Source: an uncultured virus (IMG/VR IMGVR_UViG_3300017931_000006) (Duplodnaviria; Heunggongvirae; Uroviricota; Caudoviricetes; Crassvirales). From it: 64,000 nt of DNA. This document shows, one piece after another, positions 37,703-46,942 of the stretch. Positions within the stretch are counted from its first letter, which is position 1, and every line of letters begins with the position of its first letter. The notes beneath the pieces are model-generated. The model was not told the DNA's origin, searched no databases, and saw only the letters and a program-made list of their open reading frames with translations. The translations under genes were made by a program, and so were the position numbers. The stretch is taken from IMG/VR virus record IMGVR_UViG_3300017931_000006; one strand, 5' to 3'.

Positions 37703-38154
37703 TTCCAGATTCTTACAATGTCACCAAGATTAAGCGCTGCACCAGTCCATGTATAGGTATTACCCATAATATTCCATAGATCCATATTAGGAACATCATT
37801 AATAGTTATCAATCCCTTCCCTGATGGGGTGAACTGATCTACAACAAAAACAGTCTGCCCTACATCTGCCTTGAAAGTCTGAAAGTCATTTGTTCCAGCC
37901 TCTTTGGCTTTTCTCAGAACAAGCTGGATATCTAAAAGTATCTCCTCGTAAGAAGGAATGTTTCGAGTCCCTTGATACATAGTAATACTCGAATAGGGAA
38001 TATTAAGCGGGGGGTTTGTATCTCCAGCCCATGTAAAATAAAAATTTACACCATCCGGGGCACTGAAATCATAAATATCAACCGAAGGTATGAACCAATA
38101 AGTGTTTCTCGGCTTGAAAAACCTGAAGGTATTTATATCGAAGTCTAGCGTCAC
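37699..38154 (-). CDS. Small virion adaptor-like protein, paralog of 46531..46932
   Basis: SITMYQGTRNIPSYEEILLDIQ matches SISSFQGNTTIPSLSSIVFTIQ. Confidence 0.5.
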   Translation of the reverse strand: MTLDFDINTFRFFKPRNTYWFIPSVDIYDFSAPDGVNFYFTWAGDTNPPLNIPYSSITMYQGTRNIPSYEEILLDIQLVLRKAKEAGTNDFQTFKADVGQTVFVVDQFTPSGKGLITINDVPNMDLWNIMGNTYTWTGAALNLGDIVRIWK

Positions 38155-38447
38155 GCTTCTACGGGTATAGTAAATAAAGCATCAAGAGCAGCCAAAATAG
38201 TGCCTATATTTATTTCAGAACTTCCATTGTAATTCTTTAACAAAGAAAGATCCACCATAAAATTAGCGGCCCCATTTGTCATTATAAAATAAATCTTATT
38301 CGCATCAGCGTTTGGGTAATAACTCACCACTTGGTTTGCGTTATACCTTTTTACTGGATTTCCATTACCACCCGGAGTAATCGATATGAGATTTGCTACG
38401 ACTGTTAATGAATAAACCTGTTCTGGAGGAGGAGGAAGAGGTGCCAT
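38151..38447 (-). CDS. Small hypothetical virion protein
   Basis: First gene after a promoter; coupled to the next gene. Confidence 0.5.
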   Translation of the reverse strand: MAPLPPPPEQVYSLTVVANLISITPGGNGNPVKRYNANQVVSYYPNADANKIYFIMTNGAANFMVDLSLLKNYNGSSEINIGTILAALDALFTIPVEA

Positions 38448-38471
38448 TTTTATTTGATTTATGAGTTTTTA

Positions 38472-38503
38472 CAAAACTACAATTTTAAAAAGCCCATTGT
38501 CAA
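38472..38503 (-). promoter_or_regulatory. Bacteroidota sigma-A-type promoter
   Basis: TTGAC-N19-TAGTTTTG. Confidence 0.7.
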
Positions 38504-40707
38504 GCCTTTTTTTTCCAAGAATCAAGGTTCCATTCAACCACCTCCGCATCATCTTTTTCATCTGCCCTGTAATCATTTTCTATGGCATTAGTGGCAGATC
38601 CATGTACAGCCACTAAGTCGCAGTTGGTGATATCCTTCCTCCCTTTGAGTTCTTTACACTGGAGTAATAACTCCAGATGATTGCATCGATGGCCATGTCG
38701 CTCAATATAATCAATAGAGGAGCCAAGAATAGCATCTCCAGTCTTATCGTTCAAATTGAATCCAGCAGTTTTTCTTCTCTTGCCGTCAGTATCATAATAG
38801 AAATACAAAAACGCCCTGTAACCATGCTTGATATAATATTTCCTAACCATCTCGTTATTCACTTCACAATTCATCTTTCCACCATAGTAAAGATTCTGCT
38901 TCAGCATATCCTCACAGTATTTATCAGTGTCAGCATGACGATAAGAATAGGTAGCACTCACATCAGGGGTTTTCCATTTCTTAATATCCTGATCTGGGTC
39001 ATAATCCGGATCTTTTTTATTCCTTCTCTTGATGGCAATACCACCACCCTTACTTTGTCTCTTACCTTCTGTCTCGTCAAAGTTAAATGGATCAGATGCG
39101 TGCATATACGAGGAAGGATACAATGGCTTCCAATGGCCATCTTCTATAAATTTCAGGTTAGTCTTGTCCTCCGGGAGCAGCTCCGAAACAACCCACCTAC
39201 CCATAGGGTTTTCCATGAACACAACCTTGGACCCAAATCCATCAGACCATTCGAAATTACCTCTTACCGTGACATTCTCATCAAACCTAAGCTCTGCTAT
39301 CCTCTTGTCAAGGATGATCTCATTGTAACCAACACGGCCACCCATAGAAGTGAAACATTCCTTCAGACATAACGGAAACAACCTCTGCTGCTCCTGATAC
39401 TTCTCTATTGCTTCTGGTGTGTTTTCTCTCAGGTAATGCTCTCTTTCATCTAGTAAATGCTGATGAGCCCCTTTTTTCTTATGAGTAAACTTAGCCTGTT
39501 CGGGGGTGGGATCCCAGATTATACTCTCTCCATATTCATCTATGTATCCTTCCAGTCCTTCATCAGCAGGGAAGAACACCAGCACAAGGCCTGTCTTCGT
39601 AGTCCCTGATTTTGTCCTGATGTAATAATTGGAATCCCGGCAGAGATAGAAATAGTTCTCGCCACCTTTCTTTTCCATCTCTCCTACTGTAGACGGGAAT
39701 AGAGCAAACCCAGCCAACTCGGTCATAGCCCCCTGTCCCATAGTTTGCCTGATCTGATCCCAGTCCATATAGATATTTGACAGGACAGTTTTACCGGGCT
39801 CCTCACGCAAGTAATCCAGAAGCTTTTCTTGATCATAATACAACCCATCATTTGTGGTTGCATAAGTGACCACAGACTCAAGGCCCTGTTCTGCGTTTAT
39901 CTTACCAGTAGTCTTTTTAACAAAGTTGAGCGCGGTGTCGGGATCGTTATTACCTTCATAAAGAGGAGAGAAGAAGAATGGGATCTTACGCCACATCCTG
40001 ATAAGCTTCTTGAAAGCCCTGTATCCGTGGGTTTTATCCGGACCTTGTATCCCGGAGTGTGATTGAAGATGGCGGATTATCCTCTCAAGTACCCAAGCCA
40101 AGGATTCATAGGTAGCTCCAGCTCTTCTTTGTTTAGGGTACACTAATCCTAAAACTGTGCGGCGCTCTACATCCTCAAGTTCGTCTCCATATTTATTAGG
40201 GAGTCTGTTCCCCAGCTTATCATAAGTGATATTCTTAAAGTCGTAATGATACGACTCAAAATACCACATACAGATGAAATGTTTTCTGGATCTATCTCGG
40301 TATTTAGGAAGTCCGACGTCAATGGGAGTATAATTAAGGTAAAAGAAATGCTGGCCAGTTATCCACGTTGGCTTGCCATTATTGAAAAACCAATACCCAT
40401 GGATCCTGTAATACCACTGCTTTTTTATCCAAGCCAGCTCTTCTGACAGCTCAGTATAGCTGCCGTAAATACGATCCCAGATCTCATCTGTGTTGTCACA
40501 AGATTTAATGATCTTAACCAGAGCAAGCGGGATGACCTGCCTCTTAAACTTCTGCTCTTTGGCAGGCAACCCATAGCCGTCAATGGTCTCGATAGGAGGA
40601 CACTCGGGTAAGGGTATATCAATGGGAATCAGCGAATCATCGCGATCATTAACCTTCAGAATTTTATCTGCCGGTAAGTATTGATCTAATATCTCTTTAG
40701 TTGGCAT
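38500..40707 (-). CDS. terL: Terminase large subunit (crAss-like)
   Basis: GYWFFNNGKPTWITG.H, KQRRAGAT (Walker A-like), EEPGK, STV, SDPF nuclease motif; likely start MPTKE at 40707. Confidence 0.88.
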   Translation of the reverse strand: MPTKEILDQYLPADKILKVNDRDDSLIPIDIPLPECPPIETIDGYGLPAKEQKFKRQVIPLALVKIIKSCDNTDEIWDRIYGSYTELSEELAWIKKQWYYRIHGYWFFNNGKPTWITGQHFFYLNYTPIDVGLPKYRDRSRKHFICMWYFESYHYDFKNITYDKLGNRLPNKYGDELEDVERRTVLGLVYPKQRRAGATYESLAWVLERIIRHLQSHSGIQGPDKTHGYRAFKKLIRMWRKIPFFFSPLYEGNNDPDTALNFVKKTTGKINAEQGLESVVTYATTNDGLYYDQEKLLDYLREEPGKTVLSNIYMDWDQIRQTMGQGAMTELAGFALFPSTVGEMEKKGGENYFYLCRDSNYYIRTKSGTTKTGLVLVFFPADEGLEGYIDEYGESIIWDPTPEQAKFTHKKKGAHQHLLDEREHYLRENTPEAIEKYQEQQRLFPLCLKECFTSMGGRVGYNEIILDKRIAELRFDENVTVRGNFEWSDGFGSKVVFMENPMGRWVVSELLPEDKTNLKFIEDGHWKPLYPSSYMHASDPFNFDETEGKRQSKGGGIAIKRRNKKDPDYDPDQDIKKWKTPDVSATYSYRHADTDKYCEDMLKQNLYYGGKMNCEVNNEMVRKYYIKHGYRAFLYFYYDTDGKRRKTAGFNLNDKTGDAILGSSIDYIERHGHRCNHLELLLQCKELKGRKDITNCDLVAVHGSATNAIENDYRADEKDDAEVVEWNLDSWKKKA

Positions 40708-41329
40708 GTGGATTCCAAGCCCTTGTTGGATCATTGCCCTCTAGTGTCTGCTGGGCTATGTATTCAGGAGTCAACTCCCTTCTTAAATCCTCAATAGCCT
40801 GAAGAACATTTGTTGTTATCCGCGCAGAAAAATCTCCATTAGCAAGATCTGTGATCAAGTCATCAACCTTCTTACCAAGGTCGTCTATATTTATAATCAA
40901 GTCTTTAGTTCTTTCCCCGGGCTCTGTTTTACCAGACTGAAGTCTGATCATTAAATTATAATAAGAATTCTGAAAGACACAAAGTTTTGCCCATTTATTC
41001 GAATTCATCATCCGTAGGTAGGCGATCATCAATAAATAAATCAAGTCAGCTTCTCTTCCTTCGAATAAATCCGGGTCTCTTAACATCCCGGATATCTCAA
41101 GAGCTATATTTTTACGCGCAGCAAAATCCTTGACATTCAACAAGGGTGTATTCGGAGTATATAATAAAACAAAATACTTAAATAGCGGGTCGAAATCAAC
41201 CGGCAGCTTTGATGTTACCTCTTCCTTAAATTCGGGGATGTCTTTCAGTGAAGGGTATTCACTACGATAATCGATTTCGCCAATTACATTAAAGGGCAAC
41301 TTTAAGAGATCACTTTCTTTGAACTCCAT
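40697..41329 (-). CDS. Helical protein upstream of terminase (candidate small subunit)
   Basis: Synteny only. Confidence 0.45.
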   Translation of the reverse strand: MEFKESDLLKLPFNVIGEIDYRSEYPSLKDIPEFKEEVTSKLPVDFDPLFKYFVLLYTPNTPLLNVKDFAARKNIALEISGMLRDPDLFEGREADLIYLLMIAYLRMMNSNKWAKLCVFQNSYYNLMIRLQSGKTEPGERTKDLIINIDDLGKKVDDLITDLANGDFSARITTNVLQAIEDLRRELTPEYIAQQTLEGNDPTRAWNPHAN

Positions 41330-41338
41330 ATCAAAAAC

Positions 41339-41506
41339 TTAGGACTTCAAAGATACAATTAATTTCTCTTTATTAATTATTTCTTGGCGAGTTTTTAGTA
41401 ACAGCATAAAGTTTTCCCATGCCACATCGATGCCGACGCGGTTGATCTTACGATTGATATTTCGCAGTTCTTTATTCACCGGGACAACTATTAAACTGTT
41501 AATCAT
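41339..41506 (-). CDS. Small hypothetical protein, probably leaderless
   Basis: ATG 4 nt after a TACTTTTG -7 box. Confidence 0.45.
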   Translation of the reverse strand: MINSLIVVPVNKELRNINRKINRVGIDVAWENFMLLLKTRQEIINKEKLIVSLKS

Positions 41507-41510
41507 GCAG

Positions 41511-41569
41511 CAAAAGTACAATATATTTTATTAACATTGTAAAATTTTATAATATTTTTATTATATTTG
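41511..41569. promoter_or_regulatory. Divergent promoter pair
   Basis: Minus TACTTTTG (41511-41518), plus TATATTTG (41562-41569), TTATTAACA between them (41528-41536). Confidence 0.6.
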
Positions 41570-41584
41570 CATAAATTTTTACAG

Positions 41585-41731
41585 ATGCCAAAGACAAATC
41601 TTACAGTCAGTGTTGAGACCATGATCAAATTAAAGATCAAAAGGCTGGCTAAAAAAGAGAGGCGCAATCTATCAAACATGGTCGAATTAATCCTTGACAA
41701 ATTCCTCGAAGAACATGCGGGTAGTAAATAA
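41585..41731 (+). CDS. Ribbon-helix-helix (Arc/CopG-like) regulator, 48 aa, below the track cutoff
   Basis: MPKTNLTVSVETMIKLKIKRLAKKERRNLSNMVELILDKFLEEHAGSK. Confidence 0.8.
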   Translation: MPKTNLTVSVETMIKLKIKRLAKKERRNLSNMVELILDKFLEEHAGSK

Positions 41732-42599
41732 CAGGACGCTGGTAAGGCTCATCACTCACAAGGAGATGTTTGGGGTTAAGTTAAGAAAAGCCGAAGACGT
41801 CAGGACTCCAGAAACAAAAACGGGGTTATTATTGTATCAAGGCAATGCCTATAGCCCGGAAATATATGTTCCCACTGAGGGTATAGTAGAATTATCAAGT
41901 ATGCCTGACGTTAAAAAAGGGGACCATGTACACATGGAATACTTTGGAGTTGTAATCAATCTCGGGAAATGGTTTAACCCTGCCGCCGAGGTTGATGAGA
42001 AAAATTTCATTCTAAAGAAAACAAAAAAAGGTCTCGAGGTATCCGTCTTTGTTGAAAACCCATATTTTTATTATATTGAGAATCAGGAAGGTAGGATAAA
42101 GATGTTGAATGGGTTTAACATCATGGAACCCATTTATTTTGATAGAGGAAAGCGGGTTATTGTCCCAATGCCAAAAACCAGCTACGCCTACGTTCCGGTA
42201 GGTGATTACGCTGGAAAGACAGTTATATTTCGCAGATACGCTGATATGACAATGACAGCTCACAAAAGAGCCGTGGTTAATAATAAATATATTGAGGGAT
42301 GGCTTAACGATGATGGCAGTATAACCCCATCGAAAGACCGAGTATGTGTCATCCCTGATCCCCCTAAAGTATTTAATGAATATGGTCTTGAAATACCTGA
42401 AGAGCACAGGGTCATACCCTCGCAGGGAGTGGTAGAATCTGTAGGGGCACTGGTGAAGCATATAAAATCAGGTGATCGTGTTTATTACGAACACCGAAGG
42501 GGAACTGTGGTTTCTATAGCTGATAAAATAACGTCAACAGGATCTACCAGAATATTATTCAGACAAGAAGAAATACCTTTTACTATCGACAATGAATGA
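41715..42599 (+). CDS. Protein with three tandem GroES-like domains
   Basis: NNRTLVR..TGLLL..EGIV..VKKGDHV; MLNGFNIMEP..GKTVIF; PSKDRVCV..GLEIP..QGVVESVG..IKSGDRVYY. Confidence 0.7.
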   Translation: MRVVNNRTLVRLITHKEMFGVKLRKAEDVRTPETKTGLLLYQGNAYSPEIYVPTEGIVELSSMPDVKKGDHVHMEYFGVVINLGKWFNPAAEVDEKNFILKKTKKGLEVSVFVENPYFYYIENQEGRIKMLNGFNIMEPIYFDRGKRVIVPMPKTSYAYVPVGDYAGKTVIFRRYADMTMTAHKRAVVNNKYIEGWLNDDGSITPSKDRVCVIPDPPKVFNEYGLEIPEEHRVIPSQGVVESVGALVKHIKSGDRVYYEHRRGTVVSIADKITSTGSTRILFRQEEIPFTIDNE

Positions 42600-42876
42600 A
42601 GACCAATCAAAGATACCACCCATACTCACATCTAGGCCAGAAGGGATGGACTATGATATCTACAAGACACTTTTGAAGCTTCAGAAGAAACGTATTAAGG
42701 TTCAATTAAAAGGACAGCCATGCACGACTACAAAACAGGAACAAAAAGAACCATTGGAAAATTCTTCCTCTGGAAAAGACTTAAAGGAAAAAGAAAAATC
42801 CTCTGTAGAGCAGTCGTCCAACAGGAGCTTATTCTTCGCTATAAAACGAGCATTACTGAGAGGTTTGGGGAAGTAG
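42592..42876 (+). CDS. Hypothetical protein
   Basis: Coupled ORF. Confidence 0.45.
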   Translation: MNEDQSKIPPILTSRPEGMDYDIYKTLLKLQKKRIKVQLKGQPCTTTKQEQKEPLENSSSGKDLKEKEKSSVEQSSNRSLFFAIKRALLRGLGK

Positions 42877-42930
42877 CCCCTACGCCAAAAAGAATTTGGA
42901 GAGACATTCAATTCATTTAAAACAAACAAC

Positions 42931-43356
42931 ATGACAACAGAACAATTAAAATTGAAACACATCATCAAGGCCGGAGTATTCTCCCACAATGAAGAAAAGT
43001 TTGTCCTTGATATGGAAGCCACCAGAGAGCTCAACAACAAACACGGAGTCAATATGAGCGCCTCTATAATCTGGTTGGTAGGGAAATCAGAGGATGGTAA
43101 ATCGACAATAGAGAAGAGATCATTCTTCTGCCAGAGGTTCAAGCCCCAGATGCCAGAGAAAAAGGAAGAACCCCAGATGATAGATCCTGCACTAAGAACC
43201 GACAACCCTCCATCCACACAGGTTACAAATCCTGACCCGGGGAGTAATCCACCACCTCCCGGAGCAAATTATATTGCACCTAAAAAACCTGCCGCCAAGA
43301 AACCGGCACCAAAGAAAAAGACTCCTGTTAAGAAGCCAGTACCGAAGAAGAAGTAA
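42931..43356 (+). CDS. Hypothetical protein with Lys/Pro/Ala-rich tail
   Basis: APKKPAAKKPAPKKKTPVKKPVPKKK C-terminus. Confidence 0.6.
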   Translation: MTTEQLKLKHIIKAGVFSHNEEKFVLDMEATRELNNKHGVNMSASIIWLVGKSEDGKSTIEKRSFFCQRFKPQMPEKKEEPQMIDPALRTDNPPSTQVTNPDPGSNPPPPGANYIAPKKPAAKKPAPKKKTPVKKPVPKKK

Positions 43357-43372
43357 AAGAGAGATGAGAACG

Positions 43373-43402
43373 AAAAAGCCCGGGAGACCGGGCTTTTTTT
43401 TT
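43373..43402. terminator. Bidirectional intrinsic terminator
   Basis: AAAAAGCCCGG-GAGA-CCGGGCTTTTTTTTT between convergent genes. Confidence 0.85.
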
Positions 43403-43727
43403 ATTTTCCTACTTTTGTATCTACCAGATCCGGAATCTCCTCGAGGATGGCTATGATGTCACTCTGTCTCATCATAACGAGCTTCTGCTCTCCCAATACT
43501 ATAGGAGCACCAACACCCCTACCATAGATCACGGTATCGCCTTTTTTAACCTCCATGGTTATAAGTCTTCCATCGGTATAGGTTTCCTTCCCGGGTCCAC
43601 AGGCAAATACAGTTCCCAGTACATTAGATTCCATCTTGGGGATAATGATTTCCCCGATTTTCATTTTTTCTCTTACAATGGGTTCTATTACAACCCGGTC
43701 TTCGATTGGTTTGATTACTACTTTCAT
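43401..43727 (-). CDS. groES: Co-chaperonin GroES (Cpn10)
   Basis: IKPIEDRVVIEP, IIIP, GTVFACGPGK, MEVKKGDTVIY, MRQSDIIA. Confidence 0.9.
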   Translation of the reverse strand: MKVVIKPIEDRVVIEPIVREKMKIGEIIIPKMESNVLGTVFACGPGKETYTDGRLITMEVKKGDTVIYGRGVGAPIVLGEQKLVMMRQSDIIAILEEIPDLVDTKVGK

Positions 43728-43738
43728 CTTATTTGGTT

Positions 43739-43927
43739 TTAGTGATTACTCCATATCCATTTACCATCTTTTCCCTTGACTAGCTTGCGCTCATGTGACT
43801 CTTCTTTCTTGGAAACGGGATTTCCCGTTTCTGGGCCAGTGGGCTCATAGACTATCTTTAACAATGGCCTACCGGTCAGCTCGTCTACCAGAGATTCAAG
43901 GCTCGATTTCTTCGAAGCTGGCTTCAT
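43739..43927 (-). CDS. Hypothetical protein containing PTGP
   Basis: Part of a tightly packed minus-strand run. Confidence 0.5.
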   Translation of the reverse strand: MKPASKKSSLESLVDELTGRPLLKIVYEPTGPETGNPVSKKEESHERKLVKGKDGKWIWSNH

Positions 43928-44126
43928 GTTCTTTTTTTAACTGTACAAGTTGATCACTGATCTCATCCTGCATCTGAATATAAAATATCAGTGGATCCTC
44001 GGTTCTTTGGAGCCAAGCCCTGTTTACTATACAGTAATGAAGCTCTTTATAATGCAGGTGGATACTCCATGCGTCAAGGAAATTAACCTGTTCTTTGGTC
44101 AGTTTTATCTTTCTTACCTCGGCCAT
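43896..44126 (-). CDS. Hypothetical protein
   Basis: Tightly packed run. Confidence 0.5.
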   Translation of the reverse strand: MAEVRKIKLTKEQVNFLDAWSIHLHYKELHYCIVNRAWLQRTEDPLIFYIQMQDEISDQLVQLKKEHEASFEEIEP

Positions 44127-44217
44127 TGTTTCCTCCTTTTATACTCGCCTATTATACAAGCTATACACCATATAGCTAATGGGATTGCGACCATTAAAAA
44201 ACAATGTAAATTAAACG

Positions 44218-44748
44218 TCATACACTGAACTTTACATGATGATCCAAGTTATGCCAAAACCTGAACTCTGATCCTTCAGGCTGGACCTCAACAGCATCTA
44301 CCAGAGTGCGGCATCCCTTCAGGCTCAGGCCTGTGATGTATCCCATGAACTGATCATTGTCTGCCCTGTAAACCCTACGGTGTTCTTTGTCCAAAGGAAG
44401 GATTAAGCAGGCTTCTTCTATCAAGATGTCATGTTCCCCTTTATCGCATATACTGGCGACATTCTCCCTAAGCCAGTCCAACTGAACCCGGTCATAGTAA
44501 GGAAGTAACTCCTCGATGATAGCCTTGCCGGGAGATTGGTATATAGGCATGTGATACTGTTCGCCGTCAATAGTCTTCCAATACACACCATAACGAGGAG
44601 GATTATTTCCCCACATCCTAGGCTCGCCTTCGTGCATGATCCTGCTTACGATACGCCTGCGCTGTTCGTTCTCAGGCTGTGACCTCATAGTGTCAATATG
44701 ATTACTGAAGGCCCTGCGGAATAACCGCCATCTAGCTAGTATTTTCAT
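44218..44748 (-). CDS. Hypothetical protein
   Basis: 176 aa, ATGA overlap. Confidence 0.55.
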   Translation of the reverse strand: MKILARWRLFRRAFSNHIDTMRSQPENEQRRRIVSRIMHEGEPRMWGNNPPRYGVYWKTIDGEQYHMPIYQSPGKAIIEELLPYYDRVQLDWLRENVASICDKGEHDILIEEACLILPLDKEHRRVYRADNDQFMGYITGLSLKGCRTLVDAVEVQPEGSEFRFWHNLDHHVKFSV

Positions 44749-44960
44749 TTTGGTTTATATTTTATAATATTTACTACTCTGACCCCACATCTGCATGGCT
44801 TGGTGTGATGATGATGGTCAATCACCTTCTCTGCCGCCTCTAAACTGCTGTAGTCATACACAGATAAATCTTTGTACTTTTTATACCACTTATCTTTTAT
44901 CTGCGGGGTATACAGCTTCTTGGTAGAGCAGTTCTCTTTTACCAGTATCCTGTACTTCAT
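44745..44960 (-). CDS. Hypothetical protein
   Basis: ATGA overlaps. Confidence 0.55.
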   Translation of the reverse strand: MKYRILVKENCSTKKLYTPQIKDKWYKKYKDLSVYDYSSLEAAEKVIDHHHHTKPCRCGVRVVNIIKYKPK

Positions 44961-45127
44961 ACTATGACCTCCAGATCTTTGTAATGAACCCAGAAATCTT
45001 CCCCTGATCTGATAATATGTACCATCCCGGTTCTGTAGTCAGCAGAGACAGCGTGGTATTCCTTGTTTCCATACAAGACGTCAACAACGGAGTCCCACTT
45101 GGTTATATTGAATTCGTTGCTACTCAT
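44957..45127 (-). CDS. Hypothetical protein (56 aa, not in track)
   Basis: MSSNEFNITKWDSVVDV...; fills the gap with ATGA overlaps on both sides. Confidence 0.55.
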   Translation of the reverse strand: MSSNEFNITKWDSVVDVLYGNKEYHAVSADYRTGMVHIIRSGEDFWVHYKDLEVIV

Positions 45128-45597
45128 TTTCTTGCCAGACAGGTGTGAATAACTTCGAAACGATCCTTAAATGGTGTGCGTGGAAATCCCTCAGTAGACA
45201 AAGATTCATTTGTCAACTTAGCCGCTTGGAACCTGAGATCAATGGCGCCTAACCTACCCTTGAGACGCTTACATTCATTGGATTTAACCTTCAGATTGTC
45301 CTCACTGACCATAAGATCAGTTCGTAATCTATTGTTTTCCTCTATCATGGTTTCTAATATCTTCGCGCATTCTACAGCGTGATTCTGTACGGCGGCAGAA
45401 GCCTTATCCGTAGTCTCATCGACAAGCCTCACAGCTTCTTCCATATTTTCGAAATAAGCCTTTTTACGAGCATACCACCTGATACCGTAATATAACGCAA
45501 AAAATAAAGCCACAGCCATCATCAAAGTCACCATGGCCACAAGTCCCCACCCTGTAATATACACGGTCTGGACCCAATCATTTAAACTTTTTAACAT
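45124..45597 (-). CDS. Membrane-anchored coiled-coil protein
   Basis: N-terminal hydrophobic helix, heptad pattern. Confidence 0.55.
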   Translation of the reverse strand: MLKSLNDWVQTVYITGWGLVAMVTLMMAVALFFALYYGIRWYARKKAYFENMEEAVRLVDETTDKASAAVQNHAVECAKILETMIEENNRLRTDLMVSEDNLKVKSNECKRLKGRLGAIDLRFQAAKLTNESLSTEGFPRTPFKDRFEVIHTCLARK

Positions 45598-45718
45598 CGT
45601 TCTCTTTTTTTAAGGTTAATAATTATGTATGGGTTATAATTCCGGAATTCGCATTTTACTCTCAGGAATAAGGCGTCCGGTTTTGTAATCGATCTTATAC
45701 CACGCTTTACCATCTTTT

Positions 45719-45982
45719 TCATCCCTTCTTATATTTAGGCCTGTAAACCAACTCCAACTGATTGGGGCCAAACCAAGCTCCGTTCTTAGCCAGACTATAA
45801 CTATTCCCATGGCTATCAACATCACCCACTATATCCAACTTACCCCTGAGTTCCGGACGATCATCATACCAATTCCATCCATTCTTTCCTTTCTCAACCA
45901 AAGGATACTCCGGGGTATCTCCCAGTATACACACCAGACCCCCAACCAATATCCGCACCTGATCACCTACCTTGAACTTCAT
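45719..45982 (-). CDS. Hypothetical SH3/KOW-like protein
   Basis: MKFKVGDQVRI..AWF...QLELV. Confidence 0.55.
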   Translation of the reverse strand: MKFKVGDQVRILVGGLVCILGDTPEYPLVEKGKNGWNWYDDRPELRGKLDIVGDVDSHGNSYSLAKNGAWFGPNQLELVYRPKYKKG

Positions 45983-46224
45983 AGCATATCTTTTATTGTT
46001 CTACCAGAAATAGGATCCAAGTATTTCAACGGAGCATCGGATGGTGTATGACACTTTCTTGCATAATACCTGCTTATCCAAAGATCACCATTGGGGACTT
46101 TTTGAAATTTAACCTTCGTGTGAGATTCGTCGGCCCAGATAAAATTACCCCGTACGTTTGCCCCATAACACCAATGATATAACCATGTCTTTGAAAAAAT
46201 CAAAAAGATCTTTGTTTTCATCAC
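45979..46224 (-). CDS. Hypothetical protein
   Basis: Coupled ORF. Confidence 0.45.
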   Translation of the reverse strand: MMKTKIFLIFSKTWLYHWCYGANVRGNFIWADESHTKVKFQKVPNGDLWISRYYARKCHTPSDAPLKYLDPISGRTIKDML

Positions 46225-46412
46225 TTCCTTCCCCTTCTACTTTTATGGAACGTCACCTTCGTCGTTATCACCAAATCATGTATCACAAATAAAGGACTAC
46301 TATCCAACCTCCTCTTCAGCTTATCCCTATCCATCCCTACTCTCTCCGCGGCCTCCTTCATATCTGTATAGACATCAGCCTCATCACTCATTATACTCCT
46401 TATTAATATCAT
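46221..46412 (-). CDS. Small HTH-like DNA-binding protein
   Basis: YTDMKEAAERVGMDRDKLKRRL. Confidence 0.55.
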   Translation of the reverse strand: MILIRSIMSDEADVYTDMKEAAERVGMDRDKLKRRLDSSPLFVIHDLVITTKVTFHKSRRGRK

Positions 46413-46439
46413 AATGCGCTTTCTTCGGATTTGATGCCT

Positions 46440-46527
46440 CAAAAATACAACATCTATTCACTAAAGTCAAATGAAGTTATTAACAACCCACCCTATTGAC
46501 CTGCCTATTATCAAAGTTGTATATTTG
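46440..46527. promoter_or_regulatory. Divergent sigma-A promoter pair around AAGTTATTAACA
   Basis: Minus TTGAC-N18-TATTTTTG (46440-46470); plus TTGAC-N19-TATATTTG (46496-46527). Confidence 0.75.
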
Positions 46528-46530
46528 CGC

Positions 46531-46932
46531 ATGATCATAACAGCCGATTTAAACCAAGTACAGATTGACGACTACCTGATACGGACAAGGTATATCAAAA
46601 AATTACAGTTTGATGGACCCAATAACATTCTTATTTTCTATGAGATGGATGACGGCAAACCGGCTATTTATAACCTATATGGACCATCTATATCTTCATT
46701 TCAAGGCAACACTACGATACCATCATTGTCAAGTATTGTCTTTACTATTCAGGGGTATGTAAACGAATACAACATCCCAGTATCTAAGATTATAACTAAA
46801 ATACAACAGATCTATCAGAATGTATATACTTCATCGGAAAAACAAAAATTAGCAAGAACACCAAATATAACAGAGGAACCCACCCCTCCATCCAATCCGT
46901 CAGTGGGAGATATCTGGATACAAACAACTTAA
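46531..46932 (+). CDS. Virion adaptor-like protein, probably leaderless
   Basis: ATG 3 nt after the -7 box; paralog of 37699..38154; C-terminal PSNPSVGDIWI fibre motif. Confidence 0.6.
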   Translation: MIITADLNQVQIDDYLIRTRYIKKLQFDGPNNILIFYEMDDGKPAIYNLYGPSISSFQGNTTIPSLSSIVFTIQGYVNEYNIPVSKIITKIQQIYQNVYTSSEKQKLARTPNITEEPTPPSNPSVGDIWIQTT

Positions 46933-46942
46933 TACTTTAACA

